A stretch of DNA of 64,000 nt from an uncultured Planctomycetaceae bacterium (GCA_963785305.1 CAWAUV010000005.1:512001-576000); one strand, 5' to 3'; numbered from the stretch's first letter, positions 41,047 through 57,385 are shown. A program made the numbers and translations. The notes: a model not told the origin generated them from the sequence alone.

Positions 41047-41163
41047 GACGCTGCCCGGTGTGCGAGGTGTGTTCTCCGCACGCTACCATAATTCCTCGCC
41101 CGCGCAACCGCCAAATGCGGTGGAGCTTGGCCATAATGGCGACTTGCCGCTCGCCGTTCAGCT

Positions 41164-42240
41164 TCAGCGTTCTACCCAGTCGGGATATTCACTCGGCGTG
41201 ACCGAGCGCTCGATTCGCCGCTCGGACCGCAAAATGACGATCGAGGTCGGCGTCTCGACCGGCAGCCGGGCCAGCAATTGATGCAAGTCGTCGACGCTCG
41301 TGATCGGCTCGCCACCGAGCGCGACCACGAGATCGCCCTCCTCGAGGCCCGCCGCGTCGGCCGGCCCGCCCATTTCGACACCGGCCACTTCCACCGCGGA
41401 GCGCTCGGCGAGCCCGTGTTCCTCGGCCAGTGTTCGGGCCAGGGGAGCGGCGCGGCCATGCAAACCCAAGTAACCGCGCACCACGCGGCCATGTTGCATG
41501 AGCTGCGGCAGCACGGCGCCGGCGGTATTGATGGGAATCGCAAAGCAGATTCCCTGCGCTGGCGCGATGATCGCGGTATTGATACCCACCACGCGCGAGC
41601 GGCCATCGAGCAGCGGTCCGCCGCTATTGCCGGGATTCAGCGCGGCGTCGGTTTGAATCACGTTGTCGACCCGATGTCCGGTCACACTGCGCAGCGAGCG
41701 ACCCACGGCGCTCACGACCCCCGCCGTGACCGTGGATTCGAATCCCAACGGACTTCCGATGGCCACCACGAGTTGCCCCACGCGCAGCGTCGCGGAATTG
41801 CCCAGGGCCACATAGGGAAAGTCGGCGCCATCGGCCCGCACCACGGCCAGATCGGTCCAGGGATCGGCGCCCACGACATGGCCGCCCAGCTCGCGACCAT
41901 CGTGCATGCGAACCCGCACATTGCGATGTCCGCGGATCACATGATGATTCGTGAGCAAAAATCCATCGGGAGTGAAGAGCACCCCGGAGCCCGATCCGCC
42001 GTGTTGTCCCTGTCCGGCGCAGATTGACCACGGCCGGGCGAGCTGTTTCAGCCACGGTGCTCACGACGCGCGAGAAGGCATCGAGCGGTTCTTCGACTTC
42101 GGAATGATCTTGCCCGAGGAGGCTAGCCTGCCGGACGAGGTTGGCCCGCTGTTCCGACTCGGGGCCAACCGACCGGGGCGCTCCGAATCAGGGCTTCGTG
42201 GAGATTCGCCGGCGACATGCTGAAATAAATGCCGAACCAT
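41164..42240 (-). CDS. HtrA-like trypsin serine protease with PDZ domain (N-terminal frameshifts)
   Basis: LTNHHV, DLAVV, DAALNPGNSGG triad; C-terminal PDZ. Confidence 0.88.
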
Positions 42241-42356
42241 GATGCTTTCCTTGACGGCCGCGAGCCGCCGCTACAGTATCGAGCATGATAGGAACGCTCG
42301 AATTGTAGGGCGCTCGGTCAAGGCTGGCATCCGCGGGCCGCGCCGCTCGATCCGCG

Positions 42357-44108
42357 TCAACTGTTGACGGCCGCGAACTTTTCGGCGAAAGCCCGCAGGT
42401 CTTCGACGCCTTTGCGGTGGCAGAAGTCGCCCAGCGTCTCGCCGCCGTCGCGAGCTTGCTTGAAGTAGACAAGCAGCGGCACGAGCGAGGGCACGATGTC
42501 GGCGGCCGGCACCATGTCCTTGTAATTGAAATTCAAGCGGTCGCCCAACAATCGGCCACCGGCGAAGACCGTGTACTTGCCGGCCGCCTTGCCCACGAGC
42601 CCGATGTCGGAATTATAGGGCCGAGCGCATCCATTGGGGCATCCGGTCATGCGAAGCGTAAATCGTTCTTGCGACAAGCCCAGCCGCGCCAGCTCCACTT
42701 CGAGCGAATCCAAAATGCCGGGCAGCGCTCGCTCCGACTCCGTGATCGAGAGTCCGCAAGTGGGCCAGGCCACGCACGCCATGCTCCAGCGGCGCACCTC
42801 CGAAATCTCGCTGCTGAGCTTCACGCCGTGGCCGTGCAAGATGTCTTCGACCGCGCCGCGATCGCCAGGCGCGAGGTCGCATAGCAGCATGCTCTGATGG
42901 GCCGTGAGCCGCACGCTCGGCCGAAAGCGGCGGCATATTTCGCGCAGAGCCGACTTCAATCGCAAGTCGCCCACATCATGAATGCGGCCGTTTTCCACGT
43001 TGAGGCCGTAAAAAAGCCGCCCGTCGCCTTGTTCGTTCCAGCCCAGGTGGTCATCGAATCCGTGGACATCGGCCGGATCTGGATCATCGAGCGATTGGCC
43101 ATGGTACTCTTCGACCTTGGCCTTGAATGCCGCGAGGCCGATGTTGTGGATCAAGTATTTCAAGCGAGCCACTTTGCGGTCGACGCGATTGCCGAAATCC
43201 CGCTGCACCTTGACCACCGCCGTGGCCACGTCGATCGCCTGCTCGGGCCGCACGAACGCCATTCGCTTGGCGAGGGCCGGAAAGGTCTTCGCCGCGCTGG
43301 GAGTGACGCCCATGCCGCCGCCAACCGTCACATTGTAGCCCGCGATGCGGCCATCGCGCACAATCGCCATGAAGCCGAGATCGTTGGCATAGAGGTCGAT
43401 GCAATTGTCGTCGGGCAAGCCGATCGCCATTTTGAATTTTCGCGGCAGATAGGTCGGGCCGTAGATCGGCTCGACATCGGTCTGGGGCTCGCCGCCGCCG
43501 ACCAACGATTTTTCCTCGGTCTCGGGGTCCGTGAGCCACAGTTCATGATAGGCGCCGGTGCGCGGCGCGAAATGATCGGCCATTTGGTCGGCGAGCTTCT
43601 GCATTGCATCGCGCACTGAATCTTCGTGCTTTGGCGCCGGGCAGCACATCACGTTGCGATTCACATCGCCGCAGGCCGCGAGGGTCGAAAGCTGCACCTG
43701 GTTGATCCTCTGAATCACATGCCGCAAGTTGCTCTTGACGATGCCATGCAATTGCAGGCCCTGGCGGCTCGTGATGCGCAAGGTGGTGTTGCCCACTTCG
43801 TCGGCCAGGTCGAGCTCCGCGAGCAACTGGTCGCTGGTGAGTTTGCCGCCGGGAACTCGACTGCGAACCATGAAGGTAAACACCTTGGCCGCTTTATTTA
43901 CCGCGTCGGCCCGGCCGGCGGCTCGGGCGTCGCGGTCGTCTTGCTGATACGTGCCATGGGCCTTGAGAAGCTGCACGCTCGCCTTGCCGAAGAAGTCGTT
44001 TTCGTCGACCAACTCCGCGCCGATGTCGCCGCGCAAGTAGTTGCTTTCTTCCTTGAATGTCTCGACCGGGCTCAGCTTGACCTCTTTCGGCTTCGATTCG
44101 GGCGCCAT
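42357..44108 (-). CDS. cysI: sulfite reductase hemoprotein subunit (CysI/Sir)
   Basis: HGTYQQDDRD, ACGDVNRN, LPRKFK, CVAWPTC and TGCPNGC siroheme/4Fe-4S motifs. Confidence 0.9.
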   Translation of the reverse strand: MAPESKPKEVKLSPVETFKEESNYLRGDIGAELVDENDFFGKASVQLLKAHGTYQQDDRDARAAGRADAVNKAAKVFTFMVRSRVPGGKLTSDQLLAELDLADEVGNTTLRITSRQGLQLHGIVKSNLRHVIQRINQVQLSTLAACGDVNRNVMCCPAPKHEDSVRDAMQKLADQMADHFAPRTGAYHELWLTDPETEEKSLVGGGEPQTDVEPIYGPTYLPRKFKMAIGLPDDNCIDLYANDLGFMAIVRDGRIAGYNVTVGGGMGVTPSAAKTFPALAKRMAFVRPEQAIDVATAVVKVQRDFGNRVDRKVARLKYLIHNIGLAAFKAKVEEYHGQSLDDPDPADVHGFDDHLGWNEQGDGRLFYGLNVENGRIHDVGDLRLKSALREICRRFRPSVRLTAHQSMLLCDLAPGDRGAVEDILHGHGVKLSSEISEVRRWSMACVAWPTCGLSITESERALPGILDSLEVELARLGLSQERFTLRMTGCPNGCARPYNSDIGLVGKAAGKYTVFAGGRLLGDRLNFNYKDMVPAADIVPSLVPLLVYFKQARDGGETLGDFCHRKGVEDLRAFAEKFAAVNS

Positions 44109-44333
44109 TGCGGCTCGCTTTCAAAAAACGGGTTCGCTCGGTCGGACACTCAAACCGGTAAGGCCGATCCACCGAGATTCGTGGGAGACTGGCAAAAGTC
44201 GACCGGCCGGCGGGCGCCGATGCATCGGGCGGGGCAAGCGTTAGTATGTCGACAATCTTTATCGGAATTGTTGCGATCTGGCCCGGCGAAGTCAATTCCG
44301 GCTTTCCGCCGGCGCCCGGCAAAATACCGGCTT

Positions 44334-48057
<3,724 letters not shown>

Positions 48058-48466
48058 GCGCGATGGGAAAGCTTGGTGTTGAAGGCGGAAAAACGCTGGC
48101 GCCAGCGGCCACGGCGCTTCAATCATTACATGATGCCCCGAGGGTGGCAAGGCAAGCGGCTGCCTCGTCAAACACGGCGGCGGTCGGCGAGGAGCGATCC
48201 GCCCGCGAATCCGGTCGAGGGGCCGGCAAAATCATCGCAACCTCTCCAAACGGTTTATTGCTCAAGGGCCTCGCCGTCGGCATCCGATACCTCTGGATGA
48301 GTCGAGTCGTCGGCAAACGGGGGCTCCGTTCTCGAAGCTGGCGGCCATTTATGACATTCGACAGCGCGTCGGACCATTCCATGGTGGGCAAACCTCGGGA
48401 AACCCTCCGATCTCCATCGGCTTCCGCGCCTCGGCGAGCGGCGAGCCCCGGCGACGCTCAGCGCAC

Positions 48467-48976
48467 TTGGCGTCGCATCCGGCGGGGCCGCCCACGGCGC
48501 GGGTCGTGCTCCGGCTGCCCGATTTGAATGCGGAGCCCGTGGCGACCGCGCCAGCAAAACCGCTCGACGCTCCGACATCGCTCTCGGTCTACATTCTCAC
48601 GGCGATCTTGGGTTTGGTGTGGGGCTTCGTGGGCATCGATCACTGGAAGACGCACACGTCCCACCGAGCGCGCGGGGAATCGGCAAAGCGGCTCGCGCCG
48701 GCGACGCCGCTACGGGCCGAGAACCTGAGCCCAGGGCCAGACTCGCCGATGGATGGCGCCCATCGCGTGGCGGCTCGCGAAAGCCAAACAATGAATTCAC
48801 CGCCGCCGGTCGCTGCCCAAGCGAACGTCGAGGCGGCGCCAGCGGCCTCGGCAAGCGTGCCCACGGCGCCAGCGGCCTTGCCGCCAGAGCCGGCCGCGCC
48901 GGCGACCACGGCGACGCAGTTCGAAGGAACGATCGAAAGACCCGCGCTGGGACCGACCTATGACCGCGCTCGATAA
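48467..48976 (+). CDS. hypothetical single-TM protein with Pro/Ala-rich tail (true start may be ~48351 via frameshift)
   Basis: TM segment; stop overlaps the next gene start. Confidence 0.55.
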   Translation: MASHPAGPPTARVVLRLPDLNAEPVATAPAKPLDAPTSLSVYILTAILGLVWGFVGIDHWKTHTSHRARGESAKRLAPATPLRAENLSPGPDSPMDGAHRVAARESQTMNSPPPVAAQANVEAAPAASASVPTAPAALPPEPAAPATTATQFEGTIERPALGPTYDRAR

Positions 48977-51114
48977 GGCATTCATCAAGGCGTTTGCGAC
49001 GCGCCCGGCCGCGTCGCGCTCTGGCCAGAGCGCGACGCCGGATTCGGCCGGCGCGCCTCCGAAGCCCTCCGCAATCGCGCCGCCGCCGATCGGCGAACCT
49101 TCCGCGCCGGCAAGTGCGGCCGCAAATCGGAAGATCGTTGCCCCGCCGGCGCCCAACTTGGTTGAACCCGCCGCGCCGACCGAGGGTGGCGACGTCGAAT
49201 CGCGGCGCTGGATTGGCCACGCGGCTTCCAGCGTGCCGAGTCCGCATTTTCGGATGGACCGCCGCGCGAACCGCTCCGCGTCAAAAGCGCCGCCCGCGCC
49301 AGCGGCTGAAGCCCCTTTGGTGGCTCAACCCGCCCCGACGGAGCGAACGGCCAATAGCGAAGCGATTCCCAAAAGCGCGACGGCGAAGAGAGCCCGAAAG
49401 CGCGGCGCAACGCGAACCGCGCCGCCATCGAAAAGTCGATCGAAATCGAAACGGCGTAGGACGGCGGCGGCGCCCACGCCGGTTCCCCTGGCCCGAAAGC
49501 GACGAAATTCTCCCGTGGCGAAGTCACGGTCGATAGCGACGAAGGCAGCGAAGCCTGAAGCGCACAAGCGAACAAAGCCCGCGCGTTCCCAATCACGGCC
49601 GTCCCAGGCAAGCGCCCCTCCCGCAACCCAAGAGAAGCCCGCGACCAAGGGCCAGCGGCCGAAAACATTGAACAATTCGGTCGCGGCGCCGGCCGGCGCA
49701 CGACCATTGCCGCGCCGCGCTGCCCGGCGCCAGAAGCCGCCCGTGGCGCAGCGGCGCCCATTAGAACTATCGTCCCAATTTGCCGCCGAGCGGCGTTATC
49801 GAACGCTAACCGACGCCGACACGTTCGAAGGATTGCAAGATATCGAATTCCCGCCGTCGATCGTTCCGGTGGCCTGCACTCCGCAGCCCGACTTGGCGAT
49901 CGTCGAGGTGGCCTTGCTCGACGTCGCATGCGAATCGATCGCCGTCGACGCGACGATGGTCCGCGAACAGCCGAGCGAACCGAAAATCTCCCTTCCTATC
50001 GGCGATGAATCAGCGACTACCGACGAGGCGACGCGGCGACCGGAACCCGCGGTCGCCGAAGCGCCAACGGCCGAGGAAGCCAGCCCCGTCGTGGAGGCTA
50101 GCCCCGTCGTGGAGGCTAGCCCCGTCGTGGAGGCTAGCCCCATTGAGGAAGACAGCCCTCTTGAAGTCGGCAATCCCGTCGAGACCATCGAAGCCGGGGC
50201 GGATACGATCGAGGCCGAGGACCATGGACCCGTGGAAAAGGCCGACGGCGCCGAAAGCGCCGGAGCCGGACCACGATGAGCCGACGCTCGCCGAACCTCA
50301 GCCCGAGGATGCCGCGGAACCACAACTACACGACGACGCCGCCACGCTGGACTTCGAAAGCGAATTGGACCGCGAGATCAATATCGATGTGATGCCGCTT
50401 TCGGCCTTTACGCCGCCGCTCATGATCGTCGATGACTTTCAGCCGCGGCTCGAAGTCGAGGAATTCGGCTGGCCAATGCAAGTCGATATGCTGCTCGCGC
50501 GGGCCCGCGAACATCTTGTATCCTTTGCGGCCGGGCTCCTGGCCGAGGCGGCCAGGGGATCGCGCCTGCTCGCGATTTCCGCCACGGCTCGCGCCGAGGG
50601 CGCGACCACCGCGCTGTTGGCGATTGCCCGGCAGGCGGCCTCGCTCGGGGGCGCCGTGGCGATTGTCGACGCCGACCGGGCGCGTCCGCACATGGCGAGA
50701 CTGCTGGGCGTCGAGGCGATTCTCGGCTGGGACCAAGCGCTCGAAGGCGAAATCGGCCTTGATGAAGCGCTGGTGATCTCGAAGTTCGATCGCGTGGCGC
50801 TCGTTCCATGGCGCGAACGGGCGACGGCGGTCGAGTTTCACGAGATTCGCGCCGGCGTGGCGATGGAAATGCTTCGCGAACATTTCGACCTGGTGCTCGT
50901 CGACACCGGCCCGATCAACGGAGCGTCGGTTGCCGAGCTTGCGGCAGTAGCACGGATCGACGGTTGTTATTTGGTGAGCGATGGCCGCCATGCGTCGCCC
51001 TCGCGACTCGACGAGGCCCTGACGATGGCGGAGCAGTTGGGGTGGCCACCGCTGGGAGTCTTGGAGAATTTTTCGCCCGCGATGGCCTCCGGCTCGGGCC
51101 GGGGCGCGGCTTGA
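48960..51114 (+). CDS. long disordered N-terminus plus CpsD/CapB (MinD/BY-kinase)-like P-loop domain (frameshift near 50270)
   Basis: MTALDKAFIKAF start; ATARAEGATT, IVDAD, FDLVLVDTGP. Confidence 0.7.
50076..50165 (+). repeat. 18-bp coding tandem repeat (EASPVV)n
   Basis: GAGGCTAGCCCCGTCGTG: two exact copies plus three degenerate units. Confidence 0.9.
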
Positions 51115-51200
51115 TTTCGCTTCATGGATGGGCGGCATAAACACGGACTCTGGGCGCCCGCGCAAGCCAATACAAATCCACCCGCACGGAAACTTTGCTC

Positions 51201-52019
51201 ATGTACGAAGCTTATTGGCAGTTGACGAGCCGGCCGTTTGACGACGCGATCGACACGCGTGGCTACTATCCGAGCGAAACGCATCAGGGCGCCCTGCTCA
51301 AGCTGCGGTATGTGATCGAGAATCAACGCGGCGCGGCGCTGGTGTGCGGAGCTTCAGGCGCCGGCAAGTCGATGCTGGCCGGCACGCTCAAGCGGCAACT
51401 CGACGAACGGCATTCGCCGTTCGTGCATCTGATGTTTCCACATCTCTCGCCACGCGAATTGGTCGCATATTTGGCCGATGAGTTGGGCGCCCCGCCGGCA
51501 AGCAATCGCGAGGCGCTCGACGAGCACTTGCGGCGGCTGCAGCGTATTCTGGCGGAAAACGCGGCCCGGGGACGTCGCGCCGTGTTGGCGATCGACAAAG
51601 CGCAGATGCTCGCCGAAGCGGGACTCTTGGAGACGGTTCGGCTGCTCCTGAACTTCGAAGTCGAAGGACGCCCGGCCTGGACCTTGTTGCTCTTCGGCCA
51701 GCCGTCGCTGCTGCCGGTCATCGAGCGGGCTCCGGCCTTCGAGGATCGGCTGGCGGTAAAATGCCTCTTGCGGCCGTTCGGCTTGGACGAGACGATCAGC
51801 TATGTCAGCCACCGGATGATGGCGGCCGGCGCCCGCCGCGAGATTTTCACCCACGACGCGCTCAACTCGCTCTATCAGATCACGCGTGGCAACCCGCGCC
51901 GCATCAACCGCTTGTGCGATTTGGCCCTCTTGATCGGGTTCGCCGAGGATTTGCGAACCCTGGGGGCAGCGCATATTGAATCCGTGGCCGGCGAACTGGT
52001 GACAATCCGACCCGAATGA
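51201..52019 (+). CDS. ExeA/GspA family AAA ATPase
   Basis: MYEAYWQLTSRPF, GASGAGKS, LFGQP, GNPRRINRLCD. Confidence 0.88.
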   Translation: MYEAYWQLTSRPFDDAIDTRGYYPSETHQGALLKLRYVIENQRGAALVCGASGAGKSMLAGTLKRQLDERHSPFVHLMFPHLSPRELVAYLADELGAPPASNREALDEHLRRLQRILAENAARGRRAVLAIDKAQMLAEAGLLETVRLLLNFEVEGRPAWTLLLFGQPSLLPVIERAPAFEDRLAVKCLLRPFGLDETISYVSHRMMAAGARREIFTHDALNSLYQITRGNPRRINRLCDLALLIGFAEDLRTLGAAHIESVAGELVTIRPE

Positions 52020-53710
52020 CTTCTTCATCGCGCATCCCCGTGCCCGACACCCGACGCCGCCGGTTCGATCTCGACCGCCCCGCCACTCGCAAGCAGCAGG
52101 CGACCGGCGCGGGGCTCGTGGCGTTGGGCGTGTTTGCGTGGCTTTTGGCCACGGCCTGGTGGCAACCGATGGTTTGGGACGAAGGCGACGCCCTGGATCG
52201 GGCCGAGCAAGTCTCGATGTATTTGCGCGTGTTCTTGCCGACGAAGCTGGCGCTTCATCCGCTTTCGATCGATCTGAACTGGCCGTTTACCACCGTGAAC
52301 GAAGGCCACCCGGCGCTCTTGGGCTGGGTGATCGCGCTGGGGCAGATGGTCAGTCAGGGTTGGCTGCCGCCGCTGGTGGCCGCGCGGTTCGGGCCGATGT
52401 TGCTCTTTTCGACGGCGCTGGGCGGGGTGTTTTATCGGCTGTGGCGCGAGACGACCTGTTCGGTGGGCTTGGTGGCGGTCGGGGCGGCATCACCATGCCG
52501 CGATTGTTTGCCCATGCCCATTTCGCGCTCTACGACAGTCTGGTGACGAGCGCCTGGCTCATGGCTTGGGCCCTGTTTCGGCCGGCGCTCGCCGACTGGC
52601 GGTGGAGCGTCGCTTGGGGCTTGGCGCTGGGCGCCACGCTCAGCGCCAAATTCACTGGCTGGCTCGCGCCGCTTCCTTTTATCGCCTGGATGCTCCTCTA
52701 TCGTGACATTCGCGCACTGCGAGCCCTGGGGATTGCGGCGCCGGTGGCGCTCGGCGTGTTTTGGGCGCTGAATCCTCGGTTGTGGCATGCTCCTTGGGAC
52801 GGGTTCCGAACGTTTTTGCATCTGAATCTCCATCGCGGGGAAAACCTCGACTACAACATCTCGACCCTGTTCCTGGGCCGGATGTACAACCTCGATTATC
52901 CCCCGCCCTGGCACAATGCCCTGACTTGGACCGCCGTGACCGTATTGCCGTTTACGGTGGTGTGGGGCGTCGTCGGCTGGTATCAGGCCGCGAAGCGGTG
53001 GCGAACCGATTCCATGGCGGTGCTCGTGGCCCTGAACTGGCTCACCTTGATTGCGGTTCGCGCTCTGCCCTGGGCGCCGCCACACGACGCCGAGCGGCTG
53101 ATTCTGCCGAGCTTCGGGTTCTTCGCGATTCTGGCCGCCTGGGGAGTCGGACGGCTGCTGTATCGCAACTCGCTCCTCGAGATCGAGAAAATCTGCGCGC
53201 AGCGATGGGTATTTGTGTTGCTCGCGATCGGCGCGCTCAATGGCGCAGAGCGCATTGTGGCGCTGCGCGCCGCAGTGGCTTTCGTACTATAGTCCACTGG
53301 TGGGCGGCTTGAGCGGCGCCGAAGCGATCGGCTTCGAGCCCACCTATTATTGGGACAGTCTCGATGGTTCCGTGATCAGGTGGCTCAACGAACATACCAA
53401 GCCCGACGAACGCGTGCGGTTCGCCACGGGGCCGCTACGGAACCTGCGCTGGCTCGCGCGGTGGGGAGTGCTCACCTGCGATACCGATCCGGATTCGACC
53501 AAGCCCGTCCGCTGGTATGTGCTCCAGCGGCGCGAGAGCGCCTGGAGCGACGCCGATCGCTGGCTAGTCGAAAATGCGACGCCGGCCCATGAGAAACGCT
53601 TGCTCGCGACGCCTCTGCTCGATATCTACGAGTTCGCCGACTTCCGTCGCGCCGAGCGGGCCGGCGGCGACGACGCGCCCCTCGAAAACCCGCCGAGCGC
53701 GAACCCATAG
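52016..53710 (+). CDS. GT39/ArnT/PMT-like membrane glycosyltransferase (two frameshifts)
   Basis: WDE, EGHP, MPRLFAHAH, AKFTG, HDAERL, LSYYS...FEPTYYWD in three frames. Confidence 0.75.
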
Positions 53711-53829
53711 CACACCGCGCGGGCGGCGCGTATACTGGCCGATTCCTCGATCGGCGTTCGCCCCGAACGACTCTCGGGCGACGCGCGTCCGCTAACCCGG
53801 CCTTCCTCTCTTTCGCGCGAGATAGTCCC

Positions 53830-55714
53830 ATGACGAGCCCCGCCAGCCCGCGTCCGTTGCCCGGCGCGGAGATTCCAGTCTACGTGTTCGAATCGCACCA
53901 AGATTTGGCCCGGCATGTGGCCGAGTGCGTGGCCAAGGTGCTACGCCAGCGGGCCGCCGAGGGACGACCGGCGGTGCTCGGTTTGCCGACCGGCTCGACC
54001 CCGATGGGCGTCTACCGCGAGTTGATTCGGATGCGGCGCGAGGACAACCTCGACTTCTCGCACGTCGTTACTTTCAACCTCGACGAATACTACGGCGTGG
54101 GCGCCGATGCCCTGCAGAGCTATCATCGCTGGATGTTCGAGCATTTCTTCGAGCATGTGAACATTCCCCGCGCGAACATTCATATTCCCGACGGAACGAT
54201 CGCGCCCGACGCGGTGGCCGACCACTGCCGAGCCTACGAAGCGGCGATCGCGGCGGTCGGCGGCATTGATATTCAACTGCTCGGCATCGGCCGCAATGGG
54301 CACATTGGGTTCAACGAGCCGTTTCAGCGCTCCCAGCAGCCGCACGCGCCTCGCGACGCTCAACGCGCTGACTCGGCGCGACGCGGCCAGCGACTTCTTC
54401 AGCGAGGAGAACGTGCCGGCGCAGGCGATCACGATGGGCATCGCCACGATTCTCGAAGCGCGGCATGTGCTCTTGATTGCCCAAGGAGAGCACAAAGGCG
54501 GCATTATTCGCGAAACCGCCGAGGGGCCGATCACCCAACGCGTGCCGGCCAGCTTCTTGCGTCAACATGCCAATGCGGCGCTGCTGCTCGATTCGGCCGC
54601 CGCCGCCAAACTCACCGCCGTGGCCACGCCCTGGGTGCTCGGCAATGTCGAATGGAACGACGCGCTCAAGAAACGGGCCGTGCTCTGGCTCTCGGAAAAA
54701 GCCGGCAAAGCCCTGCTCAAACTCGACGCCGACGACTTTCGCGCCCACAACCTGCACCAACTGCTCCGCGATTTCGGCCCCGCGCAGCGCTGTGCGCACG
54801 ACGTGTTTCGCTCGATGATGGACACGATCAACTACCACCCCGGCGGCCGGAGCCCGCAAAAGGTCATCTGCTTCAGCCCCCATCCCGACGACGACGTGAT
54901 CAGCATGGGCGGCACGCTGATTCGTCTGGTCGAAGACCAGCACGAAGTACATGTCGCGTATATGACGAGCGGCAACATCGCGGTGTTCGATCACGATGCC
55001 CGCCGCGTGGCGGACTTCGTCACCGAATACAACCGCCACTTCGGCATCGACGATCAGCGCTCGCCGGAAGTCGAGAAGCATGTGCTGGCCAGCCTGGCGA
55101 GCAAGCGGCCCGGTCAGGCCGACACGCCGGAAGTGCTGCAAATCAAAACGCTGATTCGCTGGAGCGAAGCCAAGGCCGGCGCGGCGGTGGCGGGCTGCCG
55201 CGAGGAGTTCTTGCATTTTCTCGACCTGCCGTTTTATCGCACCGGCGCTATCGCCAAGAAGCCGATCACGGATGAAGATGTGCGAATCGTGCGCGAGCTC
55301 ATCGAGCGAATCGAACCGGCCCAGGTCTATGTGGCCGGCGATTTGTCCGATCCCCATGGCACGCATCGCGTGTGCGCCGAGGCGATCTTTCGCGCGCTCG
55401 GCGAGATCGAGGCCGCGACCGGTCGCCGGCCCGAGGCGCTGCTCTACCGCGGCGCATGGCAAGAATGGCCCGCGTATGAGATCGAAGTGGCGGTGCCCCT
55501 CAGTCCGCGCGACCTGCAATTGAAGCGCACGGCGATCTTTCGCCACGAGTCGCAAAAGGATTCGGCATTGTTCCCCGGTCCCGACGATCCGCGCGAATTT
55601 TGGCAACGGGCCGAGGACCGCAATCGCAACACGGCCGATGTCTACAATCGCCTCGGTTTGCCGGAGTATTTCGCGCTCGAGGGCTTTGTACGGTGGAATG
55701 GCCTTCCGCTCTAA
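53830..55714 (+). CDS. nagB: glucosamine-6-phosphate deaminase fused to a PIG-L-like domain (frameshift near 54325)
   Basis: LGLPTGSTP, TFNLDEY, LLGIGRNGHIGFNEP; FSPHPDDD, DPHGTH. Confidence 0.92.
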
Positions 55715-55729
55715 AAGGCTATCCGACAA

Positions 55730-55764
55730 CTCCCCCCTCCCTTTGGGAGAGGGTCGGGCGAGGG
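55730..55764. repeat. REP-like palindromic element
   Basis: CCCCTCCC-TTT-GGGAGAGGG followed by GGGCGAGGG just after the nagB stop. Confidence 0.55.
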
Positions 55765-56129
55765 CTCGCCGAAGTTCTGTAAGGCGGGGGCGCGCGGGCG
55801 TCGAGTCGCCAAGCCATGTCCACGAGAGCGCACGTGGAACGATCCGATTCGCGGACACGTTGGTTGCCACATTGCCGCTATTTTCGAGGCCTTTCGCGGC
55901 GGCACGCATCCAATTGAAGCAGTCGAGTCCGATGGAGCTAACCCTTTCTGGGAGATCGCGATTCGCGCACTGCCTTTTTTGCGGACTTCGCCGCGAGTCT
56001 TCTCATGCTACGATTCAAAGTTGACGAAGTTCGTCGTATCGATTCCAAAAAATAGCGATCTCGCGAAAATCCGGCGAGTGATCAAATCGGGTTTACGTGG
56101 AAATTTTGGCTGGTCTCGCCGCGGTAAAA

Positions 56130-57317
56130 ATGACTTCATCGAAATCCCATCCGTCGGGCGGGCACTCCGGAATTTATGAGTTCGATGCCGCGCCGAGCAT
56201 TTCGATCGCCGAGTCCAAGATTCTGGTGATCGACGACGAGCCGATCAATCTCAAGGTGGCGAGCAAGTATCTAAATGTCGCGGGCTATAACAATATCATG
56301 TGCCTCGCCGACTCGGAACGCGCTGTGGCGATGGTGACATTGGAAGAGCCCGACGCCGTGCTGCTCGACATCATGATGCCGCATGTCAGCGGGCTCGATA
56401 TTCTCGGAGCGCTTCGCGCCGATCCGCGGTGGGAGCATCTGCCGGTCATCATTCTCACCGCCTCGAATGATCCGGCCACCAAGCGGCAAGCGCTGGAACT
56501 GGGCGCCAGCGAGTTTCTGGCCAAGCCGGTCGACCCCTCGGAATTGATTCCGCGCATGCGCAATGTGCTCACAGTGAAGCGGCACCACGATCATTTGCGC
56601 AAGTACTCGCGCGAACTCGAGGCGGCCGTGCTCCGACGAACCGTCGAACTGACCCGCTCGCGGCAGGAAGTAATCCATTGCCTGGCCCGGGCCGCGGAAT
56701 TTCGCGACGACTGCACCGGCCGGCATGTGTTCCGCGTGGGCCGCTATGCCCGCTTGATTGCCGAAGAGTTTGGCTGGCGCGGCGAACGGCTGAATATGTT
56801 CGAACAGGCGGCGCAGTTGCATGACATCGGCAAGATCGGTGTTCCCGACGCGATCTTGCTCAAGCCCGGCAAGCTCACGTCGGACGAATTCGAGATCATG
56901 CGCAAGCACAGCGACTACGGCCGGCAAATCACGAGCAGCCTGCCGAACAACGACGCCAATGTGCTGCGCGACCATGCCGAAATCGGCGGCCGACTGCTCG
57001 AGGAGGCCGAATCGCCGATTCTGGCCATGGCGGCCGTCGTCGCGCTGAGCCATCACGAGCGTTGGGACGGCGGCGGCTATCCGCGCGGATTGGCCGGCGA
57101 AGCGATTCCGCTCGAGGGCCGCATTACTTCCGTGGCCGATGTGTTCGACGCGCTCAGCAGCAAGCGGCCCTACAAAGAAGCTTTTCCGCTCGACGAGTCC
57201 TTTCGCATCGTCGCCGATGGCCGCGGCACGCAGTTCGACCCCTCGGTGGTCGACGCATTCGTTCGCCGCCGCGAGGCGGTGCTCGAAATTGCGGCTAAGT
57301 ATGCCGATGGCGCTTGA
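56130..57317 (+). CDS. response regulator with HD-GYP phosphodiesterase (RpfG-like)
   Basis: REC IDDE/LLDIMMP/KP; HDIGKIG, HHERWDGGGYP, ADVFDAL, RPYK. Confidence 0.92.
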   Translation: MTSSKSHPSGGHSGIYEFDAAPSISIAESKILVIDDEPINLKVASKYLNVAGYNNIMCLADSERAVAMVTLEEPDAVLLDIMMPHVSGLDILGALRADPRWEHLPVIILTASNDPATKRQALELGASEFLAKPVDPSELIPRMRNVLTVKRHHDHLRKYSRELEAAVLRRTVELTRSRQEVIHCLARAAEFRDDCTGRHVFRVGRYARLIAEEFGWRGERLNMFEQAAQLHDIGKIGVPDAILLKPGKLTSDEFEIMRKHSDYGRQITSSLPNNDANVLRDHAEIGGRLLEEAESPILAMAAVVALSHHERWDGGGYPRGLAGEAIPLEGRITSVADVFDALSSKRPYKEAFPLDESFRIVADGRGTQFDPSVVDAFVRRREAVLEIAAKYADGA

Positions 57318-57385
57318 TCGCAACGTCGCCTGACGCGGTCGCGCGTGACGCCAACAGCGATTTGTCGGCCGATCCTGGCCCCGCT

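Noticed and set aside
48225..48305. SAM-I riboswitch-like start (CTCATCCAGAG) upstream of metH on the minus strand
   Set aside because: The GAGGGA/CCC kink-turn, GCAACC and GTGC elements and a proper P1 partner are not present as expected; needs an Infernal search
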